A stretch of DNA of 64,000 nt. Origin: Chrysomallon squamiferum. Lineage: Eukaryota; Animalia; Mollusca. A program made the position numbers and the translations under genes. Shown piece by piece: positions 1 to 13,140 of this stretch. The notes under the pieces are model-generated. The model had not been told where the DNA came from. It was given only the letters and a program-made list of their open reading frames with translations, and did no database searches. Position 1 is the first letter of the stretch. Each line of letters opens with the position of its first letter. The stretch spans positions 21,018,001-21,082,000 of the forward strand of contig CM022679.1 in the NCBI GenBank assembly GCA_012295275.1, in the 5' to 3' direction.

Positions 1-584
1 AAAATACGACGTATGACTGTATACATGTATGACTGGCATTCTAAGTTTATCATCATCATCATCATTATTATCAGTCATTATCATCATCATCATAATTATT
101 GTTAGTATTGTTATTGCTATAATTATTACTACTGTTATCAATATTACCATTGTGGTTGTTATTATTATTATTATTTATTAAATTTTATTAGTAGTAAAGA
201 TTGCTCTTTGATCACACATAAGTATCTTGTAGGACAGCTACTTAAAAACATAACGCGCGCACACACTACACACACACACGTACACACACACAAACACACA
301 CAAACAAATGTTTTCAAAAAGAATCAATTATTAACATTCTAACAACAGTTGTTGATTATAATAAAGCTTTATACTAAAATAGTTTTAGAAACTGTTTAGA
401 TCTTTAGAGCATCTTTATAAAGGTTTTTACACAGTTTTTGCTACGTATCTCTGGTTCTGTTTTCTGGTTGTGTGTTCTACTTAAAACATGCTGTTAATAT
501 TTTAAAACTTGAAGTCGTAAAACAAATCCTTTTGGAAATTTCACCCGGTTAGTTATGAGCCAAAAAAAGTAATAATAATAATAA

Positions 585-624
<40 letters not shown>

Positions 625-1199
625 TAAATAATAATAATAAAACATCCTTCAAAAAATGTATGTAATTATTATTATTTTTATATGCTAATAGCATAAGGCC
701 TAAAATTTGAAGAGAAAACAAATTATAAATTTATTTCCGTCGAAAATTAACTGTTGTCTATATATTCACACTCATCCTCGCACGCACACACGCACCATCA
801 CTGACACAATGATACAATCATTCATTTATACAGAAACACACACAACATACAGACACACACGTACACAGAAACACACCATCCACGCGCACAAAAACACATA
901 TATATATACACACATATATCTTAATTTAACATAGGTTTAAGGTTCAAACTATAAACAATGCCTTTGCTGGCCTATAATCAAACCAAAGATATTCTCACAT
1001 CCCTAACTTCCAGATTGTATGTGATCATACAGTATAATCAGTATCGTTCCAGAATAAACATGTGTTTGTGCACTTATTTTTAATTAACACAAATTTCTCT
1101 CATGACGTTCTATAATCAGCCGTTAAAAATAAACCACCTTTCTATTTAAAGGATGAATAACATTAATTTTGTTGAAGTAAATCTAATGAGAGATAAAAA

Positions 1200-1806
1200 T
1201 TAGTTGTTAATCGTTACATCTAACGGAGTAACTTTGTTTGCCAGGCTCTGCACGTCTGGTCGAAGATTTGCGCGCGTTCCTGTGCGCGGCATTGAGGTTC
1301 CTTGAATTAAGTTTTGTGCTTCGGCGGACACGTAGTAAATGGCGTACAGCTTGGGCACGAAAAGAAAAATCAGCGTTACCAAGGAGTTCGACAGCATGGC
1401 CACGGAGAGGAGCAGCGACCGAGTTGTCGTTCTTGACGTTGTGAAATACGTGGGGATGAAAGCCAACCAGAGCACGATCGTCGTGTACACGGAGAAACTC
1501 GTGAACCGCGACTCGTTGTAGTTGTCAGGCAGCCTGCGCGTTTTGATGGCGTGGAAAGCGCAGACGATCACGAGACTCAAGTTGCAGATCAAGCAGACGA
1601 GAAAGCCCATTTCCGGTAAGACGCACGTCACTTCCACGTACTTCTCGGCTAAATTCGGCATCACCGTGGCCGCGTAGGGTGCGCTGATAGCGATTCCTGC
1701 CACCACAACAAAGGCCTGAATCAGAAAAATAAACAGAATATATTAATCTACAAAGACTTTCTAATAATGATGACTTCAAATCTTCTTTCTTTCTTTGTTA
1801 TGGTTT

Positions 1807-1859
<53 letters not shown>

Positions 1860-1901
1860 TAATAATAATAATAAAAACAGAAATAAAGAAAGTAAGAAAA
1901 T

Positions 1902-1938
<37 letters not shown>

Positions 1939-4728
1939 CACGGGTAAATAATTAAATATTTATATTATATTTATAGATATGATGATTATTAGAAACTGAA
2001 ACCTGCACTGGAATAGCATGGAATTTGAATTCCCGATATAAAGTATTCTCTGACTCAACGATCTTGAAAAGGAATGACGTTGACAAAATTAGGAATTAAA
2101 ATGTTACCTGCGCAATCAAAACGAGCACAGTCAACAGTATCTGAGCCTTTGAACCAATCATAGCAGGTCGTATCGTCGACTTCTGGCCCGCTTTGAAGAT
2201 TCTGTACACTCGATTCGTCTTAACAGTCAAAGGGCCGTAATTCATGGTAAAACTGAGGTGAAACATGACGTAGGTGATGATGCAGGAAGCGTGAGACGGT
2301 TTTATGACGAACAGTATCACCGCCATGTTCGACAGACAGATTCCAAATAACATTATGTAAGAGAGTTCCCGTGAACTAGCTTTTATCAGCTTTTTGTCAC
2401 GATTTATCGTATAGAAGTATGCGACGAAAGTCCACAGAAGCGTGGTAACGCAGTCAAATGCTATGATTACCTCGCCCATGAAGTCATTCGCGGACGTGTA
2501 AGTCAGATCTATAGCTATACATTGATTGCGATGGAAACTGGGCCAAGTGAAATTGTTGCGCGTTGGACAAACCTCGCACTTAGGGAGCTGATCTATGATG
2601 ACGGTTCTTTCGTTGTTACGACATCGCTGACAGTACCAGCAGCAGTGTGGCTGAGTCCTGACAGCTTGAAACCCCCGGGCGCATTTGTCGCTGCACGTTG
2701 ACTGCGGGGCCGACTGCATCGCGTTTAGCACGTGCGGGTTCCAGGATATAAACGATGGCTCAAACTTTATGAATCTTTTGTTTAGACTGTCCCACAGTCC
2801 GACCGTCTTCAAAGAGAAAGAAGACCCGTCAAAATAAAGATTCTGAATTTCGTATGTTGATATTCCATCTCCGTTTGATTCAAACGAAACATGGCCATTT
2901 TCTCCCTCAAAAGACGTCTTTCTCAAAGATGTCAGTAAAAGTTCAGATGAAAAGCATTTCTCGGCGATATTCCTGGGACACCCAAACGTCAGATTATCCA
3001 AAGCATAAGCATAACTATACACAGCGTCTATGACGTGTGACACGGTGGTTTCTGGTCTGTAGCGCCCAGTGGTAGCGAAACTGAAGGAATCGCTGCAAGA
3101 AGCGACTGAATTATTTGAACCAAAGCTGCAGCCCATCTCGGTCGAAACTGATTCTCGAAACCAAGGATTGTCTGAAGCGTTCTGAGGTGTCAAGTATTGA
3201 AAATACTCATCAAACCGCGGGACAGCTCGAGAATAAAACTTGATCGTTAATGCACCTAACGCGACGTCTTCCAGACCGATGTAGTCTTGAATATTTCTAC
3301 CCCAACCGTCACTGCCAATCCACGAAAATTTCCCTTCAGCTTTTTTCCGTTTAACAGCAGAGAAGAAGGATCTGGTCTGAGAGAGAGGTGAGAAGACGAT
3401 GACTATTTTAGCCCTTGGTTTCGACAGCAGTTCATCGACTATCAGATCGTAATCCGCTTCAGCAAAACTCTGCTTCATTTCTCTCTGAACAGCTAAACAG
3501 AATCCAGACTGCTCTGATTTTTTCTTGATTTCTTTATAACCTTCGCTTCCATAACTCCCTTCCGCATACACGACAGAAACGTAAGTCCACTGAAAATGCT
3601 GCAGGATGTCCATCATGAGCTTCACTTGAAGAGTATCAGAGGGAACAATACGAGAAAAGTAAGGGTATATGTACTTATTGGACAGCTGAGGACTCGTCGA
3701 CAAGTAACTCAGTACTGGTATTTTGAATATAGAGAGAATGTCTGCGATTTGAACTGTGTTCTTGCTGCTTTCGGATCCAATGATGGCCGTGACTTCGATC
3801 GCTGGAAGTTGTTGACTGTTTGTTGTGTTCAGACTCTGACTGGTCTGGATGAGGTGCAGAGACCTGGTCAGCGCAGTCGTGTCTTTAGAACAGTCGTCCA
3901 TGATGACGTAGCCTAACGTAATGTTTGGAAGGATGTCTGTGCGTCTGTTAATCTCGTTGACAGCGAACGCCATTGCCTCCACTCGCTGAAGAGCTCCAAG
4001 TTCCCTGATATTTGAACTACAAAATAAGTATTTGTCATACCTAAAAACAAAAAGGAATATTGAAGTTTAAAATAAAACAGGAATGACTAGACTGAGATAT
4101 TTTAAAATACATCTTTTGAAAAAATGAGTACAAATGTTTAAAACTTCAAAAATCTTCTTTTAAAATAGAAAACAAATACGTGGGTACAAGTCATATTAAG
4201 GATAAGAAAAATAATTTCTTAAATCTTGGCAAGGAAATTAAAATAATCAAAGTCTCGGTGAAAAAATGTTACCATCAGCACTTATTTTCTTATTAAGCGG
4301 TAATAAATGTAAATAGAATATTTAAAAAGTCAAAACCACCCATCCATTTATCCCTAAAATATAAAAACATATTCATTTATAAACATATATTTTCTGTTCA
4401 TACCTACCTTCATAGGAATATATATACGTACAAACAGAAAGACATACAAACATATATAAATACACATAAACACACGCGCGCGCATACACATATGAACACA
4501 TAAGCACACACATGCATACATACCCACAGACATATACATACATATATGCATACAGAAAATAGAAAAGAATAAAATAACAGAATCTAACCTGTGTACAGGC
4601 ACCACCATTCCAATATTAATGTCACCAAGTTTCCTGTAGAATGTATCGGGCAGTGAGGGGAGGGGCCGTATTCCTGACTGAGCGAGAAAACCCTGACACA
4701 GCACGAGCACAACACGTAAACACGACAT
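1200..4728 (-). CDS. Class C GPCR, metabotropic glutamate receptor-like (signal peptide, Venus flytrap domain, 9-Cys domain, 7TM); 3 exons, 862 aa
   Basis: Exons: 4728-4589 (ATG, MSCLRVVLVLCQGFLAQ...GDINIGMVVPVH, donor GTTAGA), 4040-2108 (acceptor TTTTTAG, donor GTAACA) and 1715-1200 (acceptor GATTCAG, ends TAA). Lengths 140+1933+516 nt splice in frame. Family motifs: GALQRVEAMAFAVNEIN, ILPNITLG, SYLSTSPQLS, YFSRIVPSD, WIGSDGW, NPWF, CSDKC...CCWYCQRC...CEVC...C, KASSRELSY, KTNRVYRIF, LPDNYNESRF, LWLAFIP, FVPKLY. I cannot assign it to a specific GRM orthologue. Confidence 0.95.
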
Positions 4729-5244
4729 CGTCTCAGATCTGCGATTTTTTCACTTCGTTTTTCTTCGTATCACGCTCCAACTATAATTAGAAAAATAAAC
4801 TGTGAGCGCACATAAACTTAGCGCAGTTTTCTATTCATCATCAGCCTCACTCGATGAAATCATTTTAACATACCCGTCGTTCCATTGGTCAAATTGAAAA
4901 TCGTTAATGTTTATTGAGTTTACTTTTATAAGGAGTTTTTTTATTAAGGATATAGGTAAGGTATTTCTGTCAAAATCGTGCGATCTACGATGTTTTACTG
5001 CCTGCCTGTGTCGTTGAATGATAATGGAAATGTTGTAGCTTGTTCAAAAGAGATTAACGATCATTATTTCTTTGCACGTTTTGATTCTGACAAGGAAAAC
5101 GAAAGTTAAAGATAAAAAAAATTACAATTCTGTTCCTTTTTTTTCTATCTCACGATGCCGCTGAATGACAAGAATTAATACAGTTTTTCAGCAATTTTAT
5201 GCATGTATTCAATTATTCATGCTTAAAGTTGTATAATGTAAATA

Positions 5245-5280
<36 letters not shown>

Positions 5281-5606
5281 ACGAGAGTAAAATAAAAGTC
5301 ATTGTCACATACGTATAGTCAAAAATAAAAAATCCAATACATTGTAATAATCTCAGTTTCCTTGATGTTTAACTTTCCTTTTATATCTAATGCAGTATGT
5401 TTATTTAATGCTACGTAAAACTTAAAAAAAAAAGAAGAAGATAATTTAACAATGCATGTATAAATAATAAATGACAAGAAAATATAATAATAATACTAAT
5501 AGTAGTAGCAGTGGTAGTAATGGTATTATAGAAGTAGTGGTAGTAGTAGTAATAAAAGTAATAGTTGTAGTCGTACTGTTAATAATAGTAGTAAAGGTAA
5601 TATACG

Positions 5607-5709
<103 letters not shown>

Positions 5710-7426
5710 GTAAAATCTAAAAATATTTCACCATCATCGGTCTTCAAAACACGAAATCCGTGGCTCCTTCAAAACTTCCAACTGAAAAATCATTTCTCGC
5801 ATCCATGAGAATCAGCAAAACAGAATTTTAACTTTGAAGAAATCTCAGTTACACCAAATATTTTCCTACGGACAATGACATGAAGGTTCCTGACGCAAAG
5901 ATGTGTTTTTATTTTATGACACCTTGTAAAGATAAGAAAATGTGTCGAGTAGAGATGAGTAGTTCAGTTCAGATAAACGTCACAGAACTTGAAGCATTTC
6001 AAAGTAACTAAAGAACGGAATCGATTGAACAACAAATCAGCAAGTGTAGTTTTCAGATTTTCCTTTTCTCGGGGTTTTGTCTGTTCCCGTTTTTTTACAA
6101 GATTTTATTGTTAAAATGTGAAAATATTCCAAGTGGTTATAATATGTGATCTGTCTGAAACCCATCTTGGAATTGTTATACCGTTCAGATCGACATCCCG
6201 ATAATATTTCTGATAAGCTTGATACGTCCCTGGTGTTTTTATACATTTGTCTTTCTGTCTGTCTATATGTGTGTCATTTGTGTATGTATGTATGTATGTA
6301 TGTATGTATGTATGTATGCAATGCATGTATATAATTATGCATGTAGGTATGAATGTATCTATCTGTACATAAGTACATAAATAAACACAAACACGGTCTA
6401 TGCGTATATGCTTTTATCTACATATGTGCGTGTGTGATTAGTGTGTGTGCGTGTTTCATGTGTATTATTTTTTTTAAATGTTTATCTGACTGTCAGTTCA
6501 TTCTTTATTCTGATAGACCGCATTATCTTTGATTCTGATTTGGGGATTTTGACGTGGGTAATCTGATTTTAGTTTTAAAAAATTTCTGATTTCCATTTTT
6601 TTTTTTTTTTTTTTTTTAAGAGTTTCTGTTATTGAGTTAACTGTTCGGTTAGTTTACTTAGCACTAACAATTTATGTGTTAATAAAATAAAACCTTTTAC
6701 TGTCTAAAACACGCATCCGTCTGCCGCTAATAACATAAAGCGGAACTCGCTTTTTGTTGTTGTTTGTTGCAGTTATTGTGTTTTTAGTTCATCTTCTCGC
6801 TGTTTAAGAACTTAATACCACCTGTAATGACTTCGACTGTCTACTTTTACAATCGATTCGAACAGAGACGCAGATATCGAGACGGTGTTTACACGTTTAC
6901 TTCAGTGCATAATTACAATAAAACGAGGAAAATATTCCTATAAACAGAATAATTAATGGTTACAGCCGAACAAATTACCGATGTAAAGAAGAGTTTTATT
7001 TCAAAGATAACACGAAAAGAAAAAGCATTCGTCCAGTATTAATTACTCATCCGGGAAATGTAGTAATAGTTCTGCAGTGTGTCTTTAATGTATTAAAACT
7101 GTACACTAAATGAGGCCCTGGACACTGAAATGTTGTGAGTATTACTAATAGCAGAGAGAAAAGAAAAAAAAAAAAAAAGGTTTTAAACGAACGCGGAATA
7201 CTTTAAAAATTTTCCTAGCTACTAACCAGAGTCTTCTGTTTAAAAATAAGCACATTAATAAGATTAAGCGTATTTGTTTCATTTTAGAAATTAACTGGTA
7301 ATATAATCCGATTTATTCACATCAAAATGTAAAGTGTTTGAAAAGTGATCAAGGATAGGATGCGGTGTCGAAATAAGCTGAAAAAGAAGACGTATTCAGC
7401 TCCTGTTCCACCCTGAAGGTTTTTTA

Positions 7427-7619
7427 ACATACATACATACATACATACATACACACATATATACATACATACATACATACATATATAAAATAATATATAT
7501 ATATATATATATACATGTGTGTGTGTGTGTACTTATGTATGTATGTATATATGTATCTACAAACGTACCTACATATACGTATGTATATATTTGTATATAT
7601 ATTTAAGTATATATGTTGG

Positions 7620-7665
<46 letters not shown>

Positions 7666-7722
7666 TGTATGTATGTATGTACCTGTATATGTATTATGTT
7701 TGTTTGTATTAGTATGTATGTA
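7427..7722. repeat. Compound (CATA)n/(TA)n/(TATG)n microsatellite field
   Basis: Runs of acat, ta and tatg seen directly. Confidence 0.85.
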
Positions 7723-8241
7723 CGTAATAAAGTACAATTCATTTTATCGTGTAAGTTCATCGTGACTTCCTTCTTTCTCGAAATCCTATAACGCCCCTGG
7801 CTTTTTTTTTTTTTTTTTTTTTTTGAGTTCTGATTAAAACTGAAAGACAAAAGAATCTTAGTCGACTCGTGCTATTTTAGTAACAGCAGATCAGAAAGTC
7901 ACTGTCGTAACGATTCGTCTTCCAGTTAGTGTCAATCCCAGGATTTCTACTCACATTCTGCATGTTTGTGTCGTTCCTGTGCATGAGCAAGATAAATGAG
8001 ATGTTTATTGACATTTCTGAATGTTTATTTATTCAGAAAACACAAAAACAAACAGATTTATTTAAAAAAACAAAAACAAAAAACACACAAATAAACAGAT
8101 TTATTGATGACTCCAGCAGAAAAGTGTTCAAAACTTTTATAAAAACAGTTTTGTGTTTTGTATTATTATTACTGTTGTTGTTGTTGTTGTTTGTTGTTAC
8201 TATTCTTCTTCTTCTTCTTTTTCTTCTTCTTCTTATTTGTC

Positions 8242-8279
<38 letters not shown>

Positions 8280-9163
8280 AACAACAATATAATATTATTT
8301 AGTAAATAAATATGTAATAATAATAATAACAATTACAATAAACGTGGTGATAATGGTACCAGTACTAGTAGTAGTAGTTGTAGTAGTTTGAACAGTAATA
8401 ATTTTCTGAAAACTTTTAGCAGCACGGGTTTTGCTCTGTGTAAATATTTAAATATTTCATGCTGTCTTAGTATTTATTATTTTATAATTTTGTAATGGCT
8501 GCCATGTTTTTAAAAAGGAATTAAACAATTCACATCGATCTTCCTTTCATGTATCGTTCGTACAAATAATTGTATCATCTTATTTATTAAATATTTATAT
8601 CTTTTAAATCGGCCAGTTTCACAGTTAAAAAAATATATATATATATATATATATAAAAAAAAATATAAAAAAATACTGACATCTTTTTGAAACGCGTACG
8701 TCAGTTATCAAGTGAAAGACATTTTTCTTTTTTAACTAGGTCATTAACAAAAGACGATAATTACAACAAAATAACAGAAAACGAACAATTTTGTTTGTTA
8801 ATTTAAAAAAAAAAAAAATTGAAAAGAAAAGAAAAGAAAGAAAAAAGGAAAAACAATGACCATGAAAAGGATTCAATTTATTTAGCCACTTCCTTCTTCA
8901 AATTTGTTTTTATTCTAAGACTCTGTTACTTGTACATTCATTATTAACAGCCAGGTCAGACAATGGTTACAACGTTTTCTTAAGACAGTAGTCATTAAAT
9001 ATTAAAAGAATTAATGTAAAGGAAATTTGTGTTTTAATATGGCTTATGTCTGCGTAATAAACTTCAAAACCAGTGTATTTTTGTGCTTATTATTTTTCTA
9101 ACTGGTCAGAAAATGAAATTCAAAAATAAATTATTTGGAGGAGGACCTGAAATTTAATTTATA

Positions 9164-9207
<44 letters not shown>

Positions 9208-9541
9208 GGGCTGTTGTTAACTTTACACAGACAAAAGCTAAAATTCATATGGCTGTTTTTAAAACTTAGATCTTAAGTTAAGTTAAGGAAGTCAGAAGGT
9301 TGTTTATGGTTTAAAACACCTGATTAATTATTGGTGCAGTAAACAATTTAACGGTTTGTTTCAATCTAGAATAAAAGTTTAGCAATAAATTTGAGTTAGA
9401 GAGTAGTTTAGCGATAAACTGTCTGGTCACGATTTTATTATTTCTAGTTTCGTTTATTAATCGCTTTTCGATATGTAATATTAGTAGGATGAGGAGGAGG
9501 AAGAGGTGAAACAGGAGGCGTAGTAAAAAAAATAAAATAAA

Positions 9542-9593
<52 letters not shown>

Positions 9594-10374
9594 GTAATAA
9601 TAATAATGTTGTTCAGTAGAATAATACATTTACGTACAAAATACGCCAAGTCAACCTTTGCTAAAGTCTTTTAATTTTCCGACTTAATCTACCCTTTACA
9701 TGATTAATTTCACAGGGAATAAATAAATAAATAGATAAATAAAAAGTTAAGACAAACTTCGGCCTAATCCGAATTTTGTTTTTATCTATATTTTTTATTT
9801 TTTTATTTTTTTATTTTTTTTTAACCTTTTCGCACTGGGATAAGTCGAGACCAAGCAAATCTAATTCACTGTTCAGTGATTCCAAGTTCCTAACTGAACC
9901 AGAATCTGTATGTAATGATAAATACAGCGTGCAACAGTCTGGAGATAAATTAAATAACGTATAACAGAAGGTGGGTAAATTCCCAGCACGTCCACACTGA
10001 AATGTATTCTACTTCAATCGTTTTATGGAACATTTTACTCGATTCTTTTCGTGATATTCTACGCGCGCTTTCTAGTTGCATTTTAAATGATAATAAATTT
10101 AATCGAACTGTATTTAATATTATTTATCCGCAAATGTTAATAAATCATTTACGAAAAATATCTAGAAATCTGAATAAATTGTGGGATTATTGACTTTTGG
10201 ATAAAATGTCTGGTTTGTAGAGGGCGATCAATAATTTAAAATCCTTAAGTCTACAGAACAAGAAAAAACGCAACCATTCATGTATTTATTGTTCCGTGGT
10301 GGGTTTTGGATGGGCCACGGGATGTAAAAGAATCTTTGATTGCCGCTACAACTTCCAGCTGCTTTTAAGAATGA

Positions 10375-11500
10375 ATTACTCCTCATCATCGTCCTATTAC
10401 TATTTATACTTCTGCTTCTTCTTCTTCTACTGCTGCTACAACTTTATCTAATACTACTACATCTACTATGCACACTACTACTACTTATACTATTTCTATC
10501 ACTACTACTTCTAATACTATCACTATTACTTCTTCTACTACTATAACTATTACAACTACTACTACTAGTATTAAGAATTAATTATCCTCTTCATCCTCCT
10601 ATTACTACTTCTACTACAGCTATTCCCATTACTACTACTTACACTATTTCTATCAATACTACTTCTACTACTACCACTATTACCTCTTCTACTACTATTA
10701 CAACAACAACTACTACTATAATATTACTTCTACTACTACCACTATTACCTCTTCTACTACTACTACTATTACAACTTTTACAACTACTACTACTATAATA
10801 CTACTTCTACTACTACAACTATTACAACTATTACTTCTATAATACTACTTCTACTACTACCACTATTACCTCTTCTACTACTACTACAACTATTACAAAA
10901 ACTACTACTACTATACTACTTCTACTGCTACTACTATTACCTCTTCTACTACTACTACAACTACTATAACAACTACTACTACTACGACTTTTATAACAAC
11001 TGCTACAATACTTCTACTACTATTTAGACTTAATTGTCCTCAACATCCTCCTATTACTACTTCAACTTCTCCTTCTACTACTACTACATCTCCTTCTTTT
11101 ACTACTACTACTACTACAACTACTACTACTACTGGTACTACTACTACAACTACTGCTACAACAGCAACTACTACTACTACTACTACAGCTACTGCTACAA
11201 CAGCAACTACTACTATTATTACTACTACTACCACCACTATTACTACTACTACTATTACTACTACTACTACAACTACTATTAAAAATTAATTACTTCTCAA
11301 CCTCCTCCTAAAATTACTTCTACTTCTGCTGCTGCTGCTACTACTACTACTACTACTACTACTGGTATTACTACTACTAGTCCTACTGTTACTACTCCCT
11401 ACAACTGCTACTACCGCAACTACTACTGCTGCTACTTCTATTACAACTATTACTACTACTACTTATACTACTATTACTCCAGTACTAATACTCCTACCAT
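10375..11500. repeat. (CTA)n-derived low-complexity array with higher-order units of about 55-70 bp
   Basis: About 1.1 kb of CTA/CTT/CAA triplets with a recurring block ctacttctactactaccactattacctcttctactactac near 10660, 10725, 10845 and 10915. Confidence 0.9.
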
Positions 11501-12151
11501 TGATTATATAACAATGACCACTGTTTCATGGTAACACCTAACGTTTGTTTATTTTTACTTTTTTTGGTGGGGGGGAGGGTTTATGGGCACCCTCAGGACA
11601 CACCCTTCAGGAATTAAGCTACTTTCTACTTCCATTTCCTGTAAAAAAATAAAATCCAATTTTTAAGTACTGGCGAAGATGACTAATTACAGAAAATCTT
11701 TACCCAGATCTTTACTGACTTTCTCAAGTTGATTATTAACACGTCGTTTTAATACTTGAAAGACTAATGGGTTCTTTTCTTTTCTTTTCTTTCTTTGTTT
11801 TTCAAATCCTAATAAAGCAAATGAAGATTACACTGCTGTTTCGTACATTTTATTAAATAATCTTATAAATGTTATTAATTTTAGGGGTTTTTTGTCGCTT
11901 TTTTTTTTTTTTTTTTGTTGCTGTTTTTTTTTTTTTAAGTTTATTTAGTTTACAATAATTTTATATAATGCAATAAAGCGCTAAAATCCATTTGGTTTAA
12001 CAGTCTATTTTGATCTTAATTTTTTCTTCGATTCTAATTACTTACTTACTTACTTATTTACTTATTTACTTAACCACTTACTTAATCGCTTACTTATTTG
12101 TTTATTGTATTTTAAACACCAATTATTTACATTTTTCCTATATTCACAGAA

Positions 12152-12532
12152 CGACTGTAACTGAATGAGTAAAGCGCCTTATCGCTTAACGGTTAAAACG
12201 CCCTGTAGATGAATGGTTAAAACGCCCTGGAGATGAATGGTTAAAACGCCCTGTAGATGAATGGTTAAATCGCCCTGTAGATGAATGGTTAAAACGCCCT
12301 GTAGATGAATGGTTAAATCGCCCTGTAGATGAATGGTTAAATCGCCCTGTATAAGAATGGTTGAGGTGCCATGTAGCTGTTTTCGAAGAGTCTAGGCAGA
12401 ATGGTTAAAGTGTCCTTTAACTAGGGTCGAAGCGCCCTGTAGCTTTATGGTTAAAGGACAAAGAAACTTAATGGATAAAAGCGCAGATAAGCTTAATGTC
12501 GATGTGCAGAATGGTTAAAAGGCCCTACAGCT
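12152..12532 (+). repeat. 24-bp minisatellite GCCCTGTAGATGAATGGTTAAAAC
   Basis: Near-identical units start at 12200, 12224, 12248, 12272, 12296 and 12320, with diverging units at 12344 and 12368 and degenerate copies on both flanks. Confidence 0.92.
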
Positions 12533-12741
12533 ATTATTATTTGTTTAATTTATTATTGTTATTATTATTATTATTATCATTATTGTTATTATTATTATTA
12601 TCATTATTATTATTATTATTATTGTTGTTGTTGTTGTTTTTATTATTATTATTATTATTATTTACTGAGTTTATGCACGGGGTGATATTTAATGCTGTCT
12701 GTTTTTTTTTTTTTTTTTTTTTTTTGTATAAAATGAAACAA

Positions 12742-12779
<38 letters not shown>

Positions 12780-12913
12780 CAGGCTTGCCTTATTATTGTT
12801 TCACTTTTTTATACCGAGAACTGTGACGACTAAGGAAGTAAAAATTGGTATATAAAATGTGTTTAGGCTATTTGTCTGTAATGTAAACTTTAATGCAATA
12901 AACAAAGACAACC

Positions 12914-12944
<31 letters not shown>

Positions 12945-12946
<2 letters not shown>

Positions 12947-13140
12947 GTGCTACCTCGACTTACGAATGCCCAACGGTCGAGTTTTTCGAGATAAGAGCAG
13001 TCGATTTTTTGCTTTGAGTTACGAGCCAGCTTCAGATACGTCGCCGCTAGTTGGCGCAACGAACAATACAACATCCGGCCAGCATCCAGCGTTTTACTCG
13101 TTTGCTTCAAGTGATTACCTCGCCGCGGAATAATCTCTGT
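12945..13140 (+). mobile_element. Putative left end of a Tc1/mariner-pogo (Tigger-like) non-autonomous DNA transposon
   Basis: Begins CAGTGCTACCTCGACTTACGAATG straight after a (TA)n(CA)n tract. This resembles, from memory, Tigger/pogo termini of the CAGTGNNACCTCG type with internal TTACGAG/TTCGAG sub-repeats. No matching right TIR was seen. Confidence 0.45.

Noticed and set aside
1238-3916. ORFs 1238-1444, 1339-1521, 1525-1779 and 3596-3916 overlapping the GPCR
   Set aside because: These are antisense or off-frame shadows of the GC-rich GPCR exons.
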